From Woeseiaceae bacterium (GTDB taxonomy: Bacteria > Pseudomonadota > Gammaproteobacteria > Steroidobacterales > Woeseiaceae): 64,000 bases of DNA. The position numbers and the translations under genes were made by a program. Below are positions 10,210 to 20,581 of this stretch, one piece after another (positions within the stretch are counted from its first letter, which is position 1; each line of letters opens with the position of its first letter). The stretch covers positions 4,567 to 68,566 of the forward strand of contig JBFEJR010000013.1 of assembly GCA_041553075.1 (NCBI GenBank), given 5' to 3'. Under the pieces are notes generated by a model. The model was given only the letters and a program-made list of their open reading frames with translations, was not told where the DNA came from and did no database searches.

Positions 10210-13200
10210 GCCACTACCTCGTTGTGCAAATCCTGCAGGCGATTTACCTCGTGATTGTCCATGTCCTCGATAGCCCGGCACGTCGCGATCGCCGCGCCCA
10301 GCGTCGTGTAATACGTGACGCCGCTGCGGACGGCCTCGGCCCGGATCGACTCCGACTCGGTGATCGCCTGCTTGCCCTCGGTGGTATTGACGATCAGGTC
10401 AATCTCACCGTTCTTGATCATGTCCACGATGTGCGGACGGCCCTCGCGGACCTTGTTTACCCGGCGGCATGATACACCAGCATCGGCCAGGGCCCGGGCC
10501 GTGCCGTGGGTCGCGACGAGTTCGAAGCCCATTCCCTCGAGAATCCGCCCGAGCTCGACGGCGCCGTCCTTGTCGCGATCGCGCACGCTCAGCAAGGCGG
10601 TGCCCTGGCGCGGCAGCGTCACGCCCGACGCGAGCTGTGCCTTCGCGTAGGCCTCGCCAAAGGTGCGCCCGACGCCCATCACTTCGCCCGTCGACTTCAT
10701 CTCGGGCCCTAGAATCGGGTCTGCCCCCGGGAACTTGATGAACGGGAACACGGCTTCCTTGACCGAGAAGTAGCTGGGCACGCGCTGGCTCACGTAGCCC
10801 TGTTTCGCGAGGGTCTCGCCGACCATGACCTTGGCCGCGATCTTCGCGAGCGGAATGCCGATGGCCTTGGAAACGAACGGTGCCGTCCGGGACGCGCGCG
10901 GATTGACCTCCAGCAGGTAGATGACATTGCCCTGGATCGCGAACTGCGTGTTCATCAGGCCGACGACGTGGAGGCCCTTCGCGAGCTTGATGACCTGTTT
11001 CTCGAGCTCGGCCTGGATCTTGGCGTCGAGGCTGAAAGGCGGCAGCGAGCAACCCGAGTCGCCGGAATGTACGCCGGCCTGCTCGATGTGCTCCATGACG
11101 CCGCCGATGAGCACGCGCTCCCCGTCGCAGATGCAGTCGACATCCACCTCGATGGCGAGGTCGAGAAAGCGGTCCAGCAACACCGGGCTGTCGTTGGACA
11201 CGTTGATCGCCGCGTCCATGTAGGCGGCGAGGTCTTCGTCGCTGTGCACGATCTCCATCGCCCGCCCGCCGAGCACGTACGACGGCCGCACCACCAGCGG
11301 GTAACCGACGTCCGCGGCAAGACGCAGTGCCTGCTCCTTGCTCGTGGCCGTGCGATTCGGCGGCTGCTTGAGACCGAGCTGTTCGACGATGCGCTGGAAG
11401 CGCTCCCGGTCCTCGGCGAGATCGATCGAGTCGGGCGAGGTCCCGATGATCGGCGCCCCGGCCGCTTCGAGTTCGCGGGCGAGCTTGAGCGGCGTCTGCC
11501 CGCCGTACTGCACGATCACGCCCTTCGGCTGCTCCTTGTCGATGATCTCCATGACGTCTTCGAAGGTCAGCGACTCGAAATACAGGCGGTCCGAGGTGTC
11601 GTAATCCGTCGACACGGTCTCGGGATTGCAGTTCACCATGATGGTCTCGTAGCCCGACTCCTTGAGCGCCAGCGCCGCGTGGACACAGCAGTAATCGAAC
11701 TCGATGCCCTGCCCGATGCGGTTGGGGCCGCCGCCGAGAATCATGATCTTCGGGCGATCGGTCGGCTCGGCCTCGCATTCCTCGTCGTAGGTCGAGTACA
11801 TGTAGGCCGTCGTGGTTGCGAACTCCGCCGCGCAGGTGTCGACCCGCTTGTAGACGGGGCGCACGCCCATCTCGAGTCGCCGCCGCCTGACCGCGTTCTC
11901 CTTCACGCCCAGCAGTTCGGCGAGACGCGCGTCGGAAAAGCCCTTGCGCTTGGCGGCTCGCATGATAGCGGCGTTGAGGCCCGCGAGCCCGAGCTCGCGA
12001 ATCTCGTCCTCGACGTTCACGAGGTCGGCGATCTGCACGAGGAACCACGGATCGATCCCGGTCGTGCGGGCCACGTCTTCGTAGGAGTAGCCGTGCCGCA
12101 TGGCGTCGGCCACGTACAGGATGCGATTGGCGCCCGGGGCCCGCAGCTCCTGGCGCAGACGGTCCCGGTCGACGTCCGTCACGATCGGCCCGCACAGTTC
12201 ATTGAGCCCGGTAATGCCGGTCTCCAGCCCGCGCAGCGCCTTCTGCAGCGACTCCTGGAAGTTGCGGCCGATCGACATCACCTCGCCGACCGACTTCATC
12301 TGGGTCGTCAGGCGGTCATTGGCGCCCGGGAATTTCTCGAACGTGAACCGCGGAATCTTCGTCACGACGTAGTCGATCGCCGGCTCGAACGAGGCCGGGG
12401 TCAGGCCGCCCGTAATGTCGTTATTGAGTTCGTCGAGCGTGTAGCCGACTGCCAGCTTCGCCGCGACCTTGGCGATCGGGAAGCCCGTCGCCTTGGAGGC
12501 GAGCGCCGAGGAGCGCGACACGCGCGGGTTCATTTCGATGATCAGGACGCGGCCCGTGTTCGGGCACACCGCGAACTGCACGTTCGATCCCCCGGTCTCC
12601 ACGCCGATCTTGCGCAGGACGTCGATCGACGCGTCGCGCAGCCGCTGGTATTCCTTGTCGGTCAGTGTCTGGGCGGGCGCCACGGTAATCGAATCGCCCG
12701 TGTGCACGCCCATCGGATCGAAGTTCTCGATAGCGCAGACGATGATGCAGTTGTCGTTCTTGTCGCGAACGACCTCCATCTCGAACTCTTTCCAGCCGAT
12801 CACCGACTCTTCGAGCAGCACCTCGGTCGTGGGCGACATTTCGAGGCCGTGCGCGACGATGCGTTCGAACTCCTCGCGATTGTACGCGATACCACCACCG
12901 GTCCCGCCGAGCGTGAACGAGGGCCTAATGATCGTCGGGAAACCGATCGACGCCTGTTTTTCGAGCGCCTGCTCCAGCGAGTGCGCGATTTCCGCGCGCG
13001 GGCTTTCGAGGCCGATCTCCGCCATCGCCTGCCGAAAGAGGTCCCGGTCCTCGGCCATGTCGATGGCCTCGCGCGAGGCGGCGATCATCTCGACATTGAA
13101 CTTCTCGAGAATGCCCTCGCGCGCCAGGTCCAGCGCGCAATTGAGCGCCGTCTGCCCGCCCATCGTCGGCAGCAGCGCGTCCGGGCGCTCCTTTTCGATC

Positions 13201-13430
13201 ACGGCCGCGACCGCGGTCCAGTGAATCGGCTCGATGTAGATGGCATCCGCCATCTCGGGGTCCGTCATGATCGTCGCCGGGTTCGAGTTGACCAGCACGA
13301 CCCGGTAGCCCTCCTCGCGGAGCGCCTTGCAGGCCTGGGCACCGGAATAGTCGAACTCACAGGCCTGGCCGATGATGATCGGGCCTGCGCCGATGATCAG
13401 GATGCTGTCAATGTCAGTGCGTTTGGGCAT
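10206..13430 (-). CDS. carB: Carbamoyl-phosphate synthase large subunit
   Basis: A 1074-aa ORF ([41 protein letters not shown]..) with duplicated ATP-grasp halves. Confidence 0.97.
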   Translation of the reverse strand: MPKRTDIDSILIIGAGPIIIGQACEFDYSGAQACKALREEGYRVVLVNSNPATIMTDPEMADAIYIEPIHWTAVAAVIEKERPDALLPTMGGQTALNCALDLAREGILEKFNVEMIAASREAIDMAEDRDLFRQAMAEIGLESPRAEIAHSLEQALEKQASIGFPTIIRPSFTLGGTGGGIAYNREEFERIVAHGLEMSPTTEVLLEESVIGWKEFEMEVVRDKNDNCIIVCAIENFDPMGVHTGDSITVAPAQTLTDKEYQRLRDASIDVLRKIGVETGGSNVQFAVCPNTGRVLIIEMNPRVSRSSALASKATGFPIAKVAAKLAVGYTLDELNNDITGGLTPASFEPAIDYVVTKIPRFTFEKFPGANDRLTTQMKSVGEVMSIGRNFQESLQKALRGLETGITGLNELCGPIVTDVDRDRLRQELRAPGANRILYVADAMRHGYSYEDVARTTGIDPWFLVQIADLVNVEDEIRELGLAGLNAAIMRAAKRKGFSDARLAELLGVKENAVRRRRLEMGVRPVYKRVDTCAAEFATTTAYMYSTYDEECEAEPTDRPKIMILGGGPNRIGQGIEFDYCCVHAALALKESGYETIMVNCNPETVSTDYDTSDRLYFESLTFEDVMEIIDKEQPKGVIVQYGGQTPLKLARELEAAGAPIIGTSPDSIDLAEDRERFQRIVEQLGLKQPPNRTATSKEQALRLAADVGYPLVVRPSYVLGGRAMEIVHSDEDLAAYMDAAINVSNDSPVLLDRFLDLAIEVDVDCICDGERVLIGGVMEHIEQAGVHSGDSGCSLPPFSLDAKIQAELEKQVIKLAKGLHVVGLMNTQFAIQGNVIYLLEVNPRASRTAPFVSKAIGIPLAKIAAKVMVGETLAKQGYVSQRVPSYFSVKEAVFPFIKFPGADPILGPEMKSTGEVMGVGRTFGEAYAKAQLASGVTLPRQGTALLSVRDRDKDGAVELGRILEGMGFELVATHGTARALADAGVSCRRVNKVREGRPHIVDMIKNGEIDLIVNTTEGKQAITESESIRAEAVRSGVTYYTTLGAAIATCRAIEDMDNHEVNRLQDLHNEVVA

Positions 13431-13490
13431 CGGGAGAACTTATACTCTATATTAAGTTAGTTCTATAATTGATTGTTTTAAAAGTATTTA

Positions 13491-14654
13491 TCATGTTGAC
13501 AACATCGCCCTGAGCCCACTCTTCTTCTGCGCGTCCATGTGCTGGATGAAACGCTCGAACAGCGGCTGCAGGTCGTGCGGGCCCGGGCTCGCTTCGGGGT
13601 GCCCCTGGAAACTGAACGCCGGCCGGTCCCTGAATGCGATGCCCTGCAGCGAGCCATCGAACAGCGAGCGATGGGTCGCCTCGACGTTGTCCGGCAGCGA
13701 TTCCTCGGCAACGGCAAACCCGTGATTCTGGCTCGTGATCATGACCTTGCCGGTCGCCAGGTCCTGCACCGGGTGGTTGGCGCCGTGGTGGCCGAATTTC
13801 ATCTTTTCGGTCGTGGCGCCGGCGGCCAGGCCCAGCAGCTGGTGCCCAAGACAGATGCCGAAGACCGGAATGCCCTTGGCGAGAAAGGTCTTGATCGCCT
13901 CGATCGCGTAGTCGCAGGGCTCCGGGTCGCCGGGCCCGTTCGACAGGAACACGCCGTCGGGCGCATACGCCAGCGCCTCCTCTGCGCCGGTGGTCGCGGG
14001 CACCACGGTGAGGCGGCAGTCGAGGTCCGACAGCAGGCGCAGGATATTGCGCTTGACGCCGAAATCGTATGCCACGACGTGATATGGCGCGATGCGGCGA
14101 CTCATGATGCGCGGGCGTTTGCCGAAGGTCGTGCCCTCGCACCACTGGTAGGATTCGCGGGTGGTGACAAACTTCGCGAGGTCCATCCCGGCAATGCCCG
14201 GGAACTTGCGCGCATGCTCGATCGCTTTCTCGGCGGGTTTGTCGCCGGTCATGATGCAGCCCGACTGGGCGCCTTTCTCCCGGATAATCCGGGTCAGTTT
14301 GCGCGTATCGATATCGGCTATCGCCACGGTTCCGGCGAGGCGCAGGAAGTCGGCAAAACTGCGTTCCGAGCGCCAGCTGCTGTTGACCATCGTGCTGTCG
14401 CGGATGATCAGCCCCGATGCGTGGACCTTCGACGATTCCATGTCGCCGCTATTGGTCCCGGTGTTGCCGATATGGGGATACGTCAGGGTGACGATCTGGC
14501 GGCAATAGGAAGGATCCGTCAGGATCTCCTGGTAACCGGTCATGGCCGTATTGAAAACGACCTCGCCGATGGTCTGCCCGTCGGCACCGATCGAGGTACC
14601 GTGAAAAACGGTGCCGTCCTGTAGTGCAAGTATCGCAGGAGTGCTCAAGCGCAA
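13491..14654 (-). CDS. carA: Carbamoyl-phosphate synthase small subunit
   Basis: A 387-aa ORF. The N-terminus ..[18 protein letters not shown] and the GATase triad region GICLGHQLL are present. The start is a TTG at 14654 or at 14648. Confidence 0.94.
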   Translation of the reverse strand: MRLSTPAILALQDGTVFHGTSIGADGQTIGEVVFNTAMTGYQEILTDPSYCRQIVTLTYPHIGNTGTNSGDMESSKVHASGLIIRDSTMVNSSWRSERSFADFLRLAGTVAIADIDTRKLTRIIREKGAQSGCIMTGDKPAEKAIEHARKFPGIAGMDLAKFVTTRESYQWCEGTTFGKRPRIMSRRIAPYHVVAYDFGVKRNILRLLSDLDCRLTVVPATTGAEEALAYAPDGVFLSNGPGDPEPCDYAIEAIKTFLAKGIPVFGICLGHQLLGLAAGATTEKMKFGHHGANHPVQDLATGKVMITSQNHGFAVAEESLPDNVEATHRSLFDGSLQGIAFRDRPAFSFQGHPEASPGPHDLQPLFERFIQHMDAQKKSGLRAMLST

Positions 14655-14718
14655 CCCTCAAGTCTGATCCGTACTGCGATCACCCGAGGCAGCAAAACGT
14701 CGCGTGTAGATGCAACAA

Positions 14719-14742
14719 AGCGGAAGGACCCAGCCTTCCGCT
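14719..14742 (-). terminator. Hairpin downstream of dapB / in the carA leader (terminator or attenuator)
   Basis: A perfect 9-bp stem AGCGGAAGG-N6-CCTTCCGCT. On the minus strand it is followed by TTGTTGC, which is only a weak U-tract. It lies in the 187-nt dapB-carA spacer. Confidence 0.4.
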
Positions 14743-14841
14743 CCAAAAATTTCACTGACCGCCCAGCGATCCGGCGTAGTTTACTGGAGCCGGATTGCGG
14801 GCGCCAGACTCTTGGCGAAAAATTTGCCGGCCGGCACGGTT

Positions 14842-15525
14842 TCACGCGCCGAACAGCACCTCGCTCATCCCGTAGGTGCCCGGCGGCTGCCCGATGACCC
14901 ACCGCGCGGCGCGGACCGCGCCGGCCGCGAACACGTCGCGGGTCGTGACCGAGTGCGCAAAGGTCAGCCGTTCGGTCGGCGAACGCATGACCACCTCGTG
15001 GTCCCCGGGGACCTCGCCGCGCCGCTCGCTCGAGAAGCTGATCGAGCCGGTCCCCTGCTCGCCGCGTGCCGCGGCGATCGTCTCGCCGAGCTTGAGCGCC
15101 GTGCCGGAGGGCGCATCGACCTTGTGCACGTGGTGGACCTCGGAGATCGCGATCTCGAAGTCCGTCCCGAGCGATGCGGCCGCGTCGCGCACGGCGCGGT
15201 TCAGAACGGCGACGCCGAGGCTCATGTTGCGATCGTAGACGACCGGAACCGTCGCCGCTGTGGCGGCCAGCCGCGCCACCTGCTGCGGGTCGAGGCCGCT
15301 GACCCCGCAAACCAGCGGTATCGCGTGGTCACCGACCGCCTGGAGCACGCGCAGGGTGCCGTCGGGGAGGCTGAAATCGATGACGACGTCGGCGTCCCGC
15401 ACCAGGACGTCGAGATCCTCGCCACGGCGCCACGTGCCGAGCAGTTCCATGTCCTCGCTCGCCGCGATCATGCGGGCAACGGCCTGACCCATACGACCCG
15501 CACCCGCGACGGCTACGCGGATCAT
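14842..15525 (-). CDS. dapB: 4-hydroxy-tetrahydrodipicolinate reductase
   Basis: [14 protein letters not shown].., ..DVVIDFS.P.., ..EVHH..K.DAPSGTA... The ATG overlaps the dnaJ TGA (ATGA). This is a short form of 227 aa. Confidence 0.9.
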   Translation of the reverse strand: MIRVAVAGAGRMGQAVARMIAASEDMELLGTWRRGEDLDVLVRDADVVIDFSLPDGTLRVLQAVGDHAIPLVCGVSGLDPQQVARLAATAATVPVVYDRNMSLGVAVLNRAVRDAAASLGTDFEIAISEVHHVHKVDAPSGTALKLGETIAAARGEQGTGSISFSSERRGEVPGDHEVVMRSPTERLTFAHSVTTRDVFAAGAVRAARWVIGQPPGTYGMSEVLFGA

Positions 15526-16658
15526 GAGCTGATGCGTTCGAAGAAGCGCTTGACCGTGTCGAGCCAGCCGCCGGCGCGCGGGCTGTGCCGCTCGCCGCCG
15601 GCGCGCAGCGACTCGTCGAATTTCTCCAGCAGTTCCTTCTGCTCGGCCGTCAGGTTGACCGGCGTTTCCACCGCAACCTGGGCGAACAAGTCACCGCGCC
15701 GGGGATCGCGCACGGTCGTCACGCCCTTGCCGCGCAGGCGGAAGGTCTTGCCCGACTGCGTGCCGGCCGGGATCTTGAGCGATACGTGCCCATCCAGGGT
15801 CGGCAGTTCGACTTCGCCGCCGAGGGTCGCGGTTGCCACGCTGACCGGGACCTCGCAGGACAGGTTGGCGCCCTCGCGCTCGAAAATCCGGTGCGGCTTG
15901 ACGCGGATTTCGACGTACAGGTCGCCCGCCGGGCCGCCGTTGCGTCCGGCCTCACCTTCGCCGGACAGCCGGATCCGGTCGCCGTCATCCACGCCGGCCG
16001 GCACCTTGACCGACAGCGTGCGGGTCTTGCGGACCCGTCCGCGCCCGTGACAGTCCATGCACGGATCGGCAATGGTCGTACCCGCCCCTTTACAGGCCGG
16101 GCAGGTCTGCTGGATGGAAAAGAAGCCCTGCTGCATGCGGACCTGGCCCGCGCCGCCGCAGGTCGAACAGGTGACCGGCTCGCTGCCTTTCTTCGCGCCG
16201 CTGCCGCCGCAGCTGTCGCAGGCCACCTGGGTGGGCACATCGATCGTTACCGTGTCCCCGGCGACCGCGGTCTCGAGATCGAGCTTCAGCTCGTAACCGA
16301 GGTCGGCGCCGCGAAACACCTGCGGGCCGCCGCCGCGGCGGCCGCCGCCGAAGATATCGCCGAATACGTCGCCAAAAATGTCGCCGAAACCCTCGGCGCC
16401 GAAGCCGCCGCCCGGTCCGCCGGCACTGCCTTTCAGCCCGTCGTGGCCGAAACGGTCGTAGGCGGCACGCTTGTCGTCGTCCTTGAGGACCTCGTAGGCT
16501 TCCTTGGCTTCCTTGAACTTCTCCCCGGTCGCTTCACTTTCATCCTTGTTGCGGTCCGGGTGATATTTCATGGCAAGACGGCGATACGCCTTCTTGATCT
16601 CATCGGCTGTCGCCGTCTTGGAGACCCCCAGTACTTCGTAGTAATCGCGCTTTGCCAT
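15522..16658 (-). CDS. dnaJ: Chaperone DnaJ
   Basis: J-domain [20 protein letters not shown], a G/F region, and four CxxCxGxG zinc-finger repeats. The ATG at 16658 is preferred. Confidence 0.97.
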   Translation of the reverse strand: MAKRDYYEVLGVSKTATADEIKKAYRRLAMKYHPDRNKDESEATGEKFKEAKEAYEVLKDDDKRAAYDRFGHDGLKGSAGGPGGGFGAEGFGDIFGDVFGDIFGGGRRGGGPQVFRGADLGYELKLDLETAVAGDTVTIDVPTQVACDSCGGSGAKKGSEPVTCSTCGGAGQVRMQQGFFSIQQTCPACKGAGTTIADPCMDCHGRGRVRKTRTLSVKVPAGVDDGDRIRLSGEGEAGRNGGPAGDLYVEIRVKPHRIFEREGANLSCEVPVSVATATLGGEVELPTLDGHVSLKIPAGTQSGKTFRLRGKGVTTVRDPRRGDLFAQVAVETPVNLTAEQKELLEKFDESLRAGGERHSPRAGGWLDTVKRFFERISS

Positions 16659-16735
16659 TTCTGTCTGCACGGCGGGCGCCCGCCAGGGCGCCCGCCTCGT
16701 CTCCCTTGGCCCGCCCGGCCCCGCCGGGTCGGGAC

Positions 16736-18646
16736 TTACTTATCGTCCTTATCGACTTCCTCGAATTCGGCGTCGACGACGTCGTCGTCGGCTGCACCGT
16801 CGCCGTCACCCGCGGCGCCCTGCGCCGCCTGCTCGGCATACAGCTTCTGCGCCAGGCCGCCCGACGCCTCGCCGAGCGCGGCCGTCTTCTTCTCGATGGC
16901 TTCCTTGTCGTTGCCTTCGAGTGCCTTCTTCAGGTCCGAAACCGCATTCTCGATCGCCATCCGCTCTTCGGCCGAAGCCTTGTCGCCGAGTTCGCTGAGC
17001 GTCTTTTCGGCCGCATGAATCAGGCTGTCGGCCTGGTTGCGCGCGTCGACGAGCTCGCGGAACTTGCGGTCTTCCTCGGCATGGCTCTCGGCGTCGGAGA
17101 CCATCTTGTCGATCTCGTCGTCGGACAGGCCGGATGACGCCTTGATGACGATATTCTGGCTTTTGCCCGTCGCCTTGTCCTTGGCCGAGACATTCAGGAT
17201 ACCGTTGGCGTCGATGTCGAACGTCACCTCGATCTGCGGCAGGCCGCGCGGCGCCGGCGGGATGTCCGTCAGGTCGAACCGACCCAGCGACTTGTTGTCC
17301 AGCGCGCGCTCGCGCTCGCCCTGCAGCACGTGAATCGTCACGGCTGTCTGGTTGTCGTCCGCGGTCGAGAAAACCTGCTCGGCGTTGGCCGGAATCGTCG
17401 TGTTCTTGTCGATCAGCTTGGTCATGACACCGCCGAGCGTCTCGATACCGAGCGACAGCGGCGTGACGTCGAGCAACAGGACGTCCTTGACGTCGCCTGC
17501 GAGGACACCGCCCTGGATGGCCGCGCCGAGTGCCACGGCTTCGTCAGGGTTGACGTCCTTGCGCGGCTCCTTGCCGAAGAAGTTCTGTACCTCCTCCTGC
17601 ACCTTGGGCATGCGTGTCTGGCCGCCGACGAGGATCACGTCGTTGATCTCGTTGACCTTGAGGCCCGCATCCTTGAGCGCGACGCGGCACGGCTCGATCG
17701 TCCGGCTGATGAGCTTCTCTACCAGCGACTCGAGCTTGGCACGCGTCAGCTTGATGTTGAGATGCTTCGGGCCCGTTGCGTCTGCCGTGATGTAGGGCAG
17801 GTTGACCTCGGTCTGCTGCTGCGACGACAGCTCGATCTTGGCCTTTTCCGCCGCTTCCTTCAGGCGCTGCATCGCGAGCGGGTCCGACGTGATGTCGACA
17901 CCGCTCTCGCGCTCGAACTCCTTGGTCAGGTACTCGATGACGCGCATGTCGAAATCCTCGCCGCCGAGGAACGTGTCGCCGTTGGTCGCCAGCACTTCGA
18001 ACTGGTGCTCACCGTCGACCTCGGCGATCTCGATGATCGATACGTCGAACGTACCGCCGCCGAGATCGAATACCGCGATCTTGGCGTCACCGCGCTTCTT
18101 GTCCATGCCGTAGGCGAGCGCCGCCGCGGTCGGCTCGTTGATGATGCGCTTGACCTCGAGGCCCGCGATCTTACCGGCGTCCTTGGTGGCCTGGCGCTGC
18201 GAGTCGTTGAAGTAGGCAGGCACCGTCACCACGGCTTCCTTGACCTCTTCGCCGAGGTAGTCCTCGGCCGTCTTTTTCATCTTCATGAGCACGCGCGCCG
18301 AAATCTCGGGCGGCGCCATCTTCTTGCCATTGGCCTCGACCCACGCGTCGCCATTGTCGGCCTTGGCAATCTTGTAGGGCACCATCTTGATGTCGCGCTG
18401 CACCACGTCGTCCTCGAAACGACGGCCGATCAGGCGCTTGATCGCGAACAAGGTGTTGTGCGGGTTCGTCACCGCCTGGCGCTTGGCCGACTGGCCGACG
18501 AGAACCTCGTTGTCCTTGGTGAACGCAACGACCGAAGGCGTCGTGCGATCGCCTTCCGAATTTTCGATGACCTTGGGCGTATCGCCTTCCATCACTGCAA
18601 CGCAGGAGTTGGTGGTACCAAGGTCGATACCAATTACTTTACCCAT
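16736..18646 (-). CDS. dnaK: Chaperone DnaK (Hsp70)
   Basis: A 636-aa ORF with [18 protein letters not shown].. and a full-length Hsp70 pattern. Confidence 0.98.
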   Translation of the reverse strand: MGKVIGIDLGTTNSCVAVMEGDTPKVIENSEGDRTTPSVVAFTKDNEVLVGQSAKRQAVTNPHNTLFAIKRLIGRRFEDDVVQRDIKMVPYKIAKADNGDAWVEANGKKMAPPEISARVLMKMKKTAEDYLGEEVKEAVVTVPAYFNDSQRQATKDAGKIAGLEVKRIINEPTAAALAYGMDKKRGDAKIAVFDLGGGTFDVSIIEIAEVDGEHQFEVLATNGDTFLGGEDFDMRVIEYLTKEFERESGVDITSDPLAMQRLKEAAEKAKIELSSQQQTEVNLPYITADATGPKHLNIKLTRAKLESLVEKLISRTIEPCRVALKDAGLKVNEINDVILVGGQTRMPKVQEEVQNFFGKEPRKDVNPDEAVALGAAIQGGVLAGDVKDVLLLDVTPLSLGIETLGGVMTKLIDKNTTIPANAEQVFSTADDNQTAVTIHVLQGERERALDNKSLGRFDLTDIPPAPRGLPQIEVTFDIDANGILNVSAKDKATGKSQNIVIKASSGLSDDEIDKMVSDAESHAEEDRKFRELVDARNQADSLIHAAEKTLSELGDKASAEERMAIENAVSDLKKALEGNDKEAIEKKTAALGEASGGLAQKLYAEQAAQGAAGDGDGAADDDVVDAEFEEVDKDDK

Positions 18647-18690
18647 GTTCTAACGCTCCGAAATCATTGGAATTCTGCAAAACTGGCTGA

Positions 18691-18719
18691 TATTTGGGGC
18701 CGCTTTCCAGCCTTTCAAG
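18691..18719 (-). promoter_or_regulatory. Sigma-32 (RpoH)-type promoter upstream of dnaK
   Basis: The minus strand reads CTTGAA-N14-CCCCAAATA. This is close to the E. coli heat-shock consensus CTTGAA-N13-15-CCCCATNT. It lies about 45 nt upstream of the dnaK ATG. Confidence 0.6.
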
Positions 18720-18737
18720 CTCAGCCGCAGACAATTT

Positions 18738-18778
18738 GGTGCCAGTCACCTTAAACCGAGTCTAAGGTGACTGGCACC
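18738..18778. repeat. Perfect 16-bp inverted repeat with 9-nt loop between grpE and dnaK (probable terminator/RNA hairpin)
   Basis: GGTGCCAGTCACCTTA-aaccgagtc-TAAGGTGACTGGCACC, starting 5 nt after the grpE stop. There is no U-tract on either strand. Confidence 0.5.
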
Positions 18779-18783
18779 ATTGT

Positions 18784-19368
18784 TCAGTCGGCGGCGACGA
18801 TAACCATCGCGGGCCGCAGCAGCCGGCCGTTGAGGGTGTAGCCCTTTTGCACGACCTTGGCGACCGACCCGGGCTCGACATCGTCCGAGGGCTGCATGCT
18901 GATCGCCTCGTGCAGTTCCGGGTCGAACGGCTCGCCGGCCGGGTCGACTTCCTCGATGCCGAACTGGTTAAGAATCGTGGTCAACAGCTTGTGCGTCGCA
19001 TCCTTGCCCTCGATCAGGCTCTCGACACTCGCGTTGTCGGCGGCGGCGAGGCCCATCTCCAGCGTATCGCGCACGGCGAGCAGTTCCTTGCCGAAGCGTT
19101 CGAGTGCAAACTTATGGGCGTTCTCGACGTCGCGAGCCGCGCGTTTGCGCACGTTCTCGAGTTCGGCGGCGGTGCGCAGGTAGCGCTCCCAGTTTTCCTC
19201 GGCCCTGGTCTGGGCGGCGGCCAGCTCGTCCGCGGGATTCTGCGCCTGCCCGGCAGCATCCTGATCTGTGTCCTCGGCTGCAGGCGTATCGGCCTGTGCC
19301 TCCTCGGTGGCCTCGTCGACGATCTCTTCGGGGCGTTCCGCGTTCATGTCGTGCTCCAGGTCTGTCAT
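18784..19368 (-). CDS. grpE: Nucleotide exchange factor GrpE
   Basis: Acidic N-terminus followed by ..RAEENWERYLRTAAELENVRKR..D.. and ..GYTLNGRLLRPAMV.V... The ATG at 19368 is preferred over the extended ORF start. Confidence 0.92.
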   Translation of the reverse strand: MTDLEHDMNAERPEEIVDEATEEAQADTPAAEDTDQDAAGQAQNPADELAAAQTRAEENWERYLRTAAELENVRKRAARDVENAHKFALERFGKELLAVRDTLEMGLAAADNASVESLIEGKDATHKLLTTILNQFGIEEVDPAGEPFDPELHEAISMQPSDDVEPGSVAKVVQKGYTLNGRLLRPAMVIVAAD

Positions 19369-19408
19369 TGACTTCGGCTCCGGCGGCCGCGTCGCATTGG
19401 ATGTGCGG

Positions 19409-19437
19409 AGTGTGGGGGCCCGCCGCAAAATATCAAG
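19409..19437 (-). promoter_or_regulatory. Sigma-32-type promoter upstream of grpE
   Basis: The minus strand reads CTTGAT-N14-CCCCACACT, with an A8 tract just upstream (19448-19455) in UP-element position. Confidence 0.5.
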
Positions 19438-19458
19438 CGCCGGCGGGTTTTTTTTCGC

Positions 19459-20523
19459 TCAGGACTGGTTGCCGTGGCTCAGCGCGGACTCGAGCAGCCG
19501 GGCGGTGACGTCGACGATCGGAACGACGCGGTCGTACGCCATCCTGGTGGGCCCGATGACGCCCAGGACGCCGATCGTGTCGTCGTCGACGTGGTACGGC
19601 GCGGTTACGACGCTGCAGTCATCGAGGATGCGGTACCCGGATTCTTCGCCGATGAAGATCCGCACGCCGTTCGCATTGATGCTGCGATCTAGCAGATCGA
19701 GTATCAGCTGCTTGTGCGAAAACGCATCGAACAGCTTGCGCAGCTTCTCAACGTCCGAGAGTTCGGCAAAATCCATCAGGTTCGTCTCGCCAGCCAGCGC
19801 GTAGCCCTCCTCGGCGTTCCCGGCATTGTCCATCGCCGCTTCCGCGACGGCGATGATGTCGCGCATCGCCTGGTCCACCGAATTCCGGGCCTTGTCGAGG
19901 TCGCGCACGAGACGCTCGCGGACCGCGTGCAGGTCGGTCCCGGCGTAGTGCTGGTTGATGTAGTTCTGCGCCTGCTGCAGCTCGGACGCGCTGTAGTCCC
20001 GGTCGGTGTTCAGGATGCGGTTCTGCACCTCGGTGTCATTGACCACGAGGATCACGAGGACGCGCTTTTCCGACAACGGCAGGAACTCGATCTGCCGCAG
20101 CGTGACCCTGGGCGCTCGCGGCACGGTCACGACGCCGGCCATGCTCGTGAAGTCCGAGAGCATGCTCGAGACCGTCGCCACCAGGGACGAGGGGTTGTCG
20201 AAGGCGCTGCCCAGCTTGCGCCGGATACGTTCGATGTCCTGGCTGCCGGGCTGGCGGTAGCGCACCAAGGTATCGACAAACATGCGGTAGCCGCGCGGCG
20301 TCGGAATGCGGCCGGCCGACGTGTGCGGCGCCGCGACCAGGCCCATGTCCTCGAGATCGGACATGACGTTGCGAATCGTTGCCGGGCTGAGGTCGAGCCC
20401 CGAATCCCGCGACAGGGTCCGCGACCCCACGGGCTGCCCGTCGCGGATATAGCGCTGGATCAGGACCTTTAGCAGGTGCTGGCCCCGATCGTTAGGTACG
20501 TTACTGTGCGCATCTGCCGACAT
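19459..20523 (-). CDS. hrcA: Heat-inducible transcription repressor HrcA
   Basis: Motifs ..RGQHLLKVLIQRYIRDGQPVGSRTLS...L..SPATIRNVM.DLE..GL...PHTSAGRIPT..GYR... The ATG at 20523 is preferred over the TTG at 20529. Confidence 0.92.
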   Translation of the reverse strand: MSADAHSNVPNDRGQHLLKVLIQRYIRDGQPVGSRTLSRDSGLDLSPATIRNVMSDLEDMGLVAAPHTSAGRIPTPRGYRMFVDTLVRYRQPGSQDIERIRRKLGSAFDNPSSLVATVSSMLSDFTSMAGVVTVPRAPRVTLRQIEFLPLSEKRVLVILVVNDTEVQNRILNTDRDYSASELQQAQNYINQHYAGTDLHAVRERLVRDLDKARNSVDQAMRDIIAVAEAAMDNAGNAEEGYALAGETNLMDFAELSDVEKLRKLFDAFSHKQLILDLLDRSINANGVRIFIGEESGYRILDDCSVVTAPYHVDDDTIGVLGVIGPTRMAYDRVVPIVDVTARLLESALSHGNQS

Positions 20524-20581
20524 TCGCAAGAAACGCTAGCAACGGCTTGGCGGTCGGTCAAGGGTCTGCAACAATCAGGGC

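Noticed and set aside
18738-18778. Possible CIRCE (HrcA operator), because the element is an inverted repeat with a 9-nt spacer next to heat-shock genes.
   Set aside because: The arm sequence (GGTGCCAGTCACCTTA) bears no resemblance to TTAGCACTC/GAGTGCTAA. The element also lies upstream of the dnaK -35 rather than between promoter and start codon.
20530-20581. CIRCE or other operator in the hrcA-nadK divergent spacer, and a possible near-leaderless hrcA transcript from TTGACC-N17-TAGCGT.
   Set aside because: No inverted repeat is present. The promoter guess rests on a weak -10 only, which is too speculative to report as a feature.
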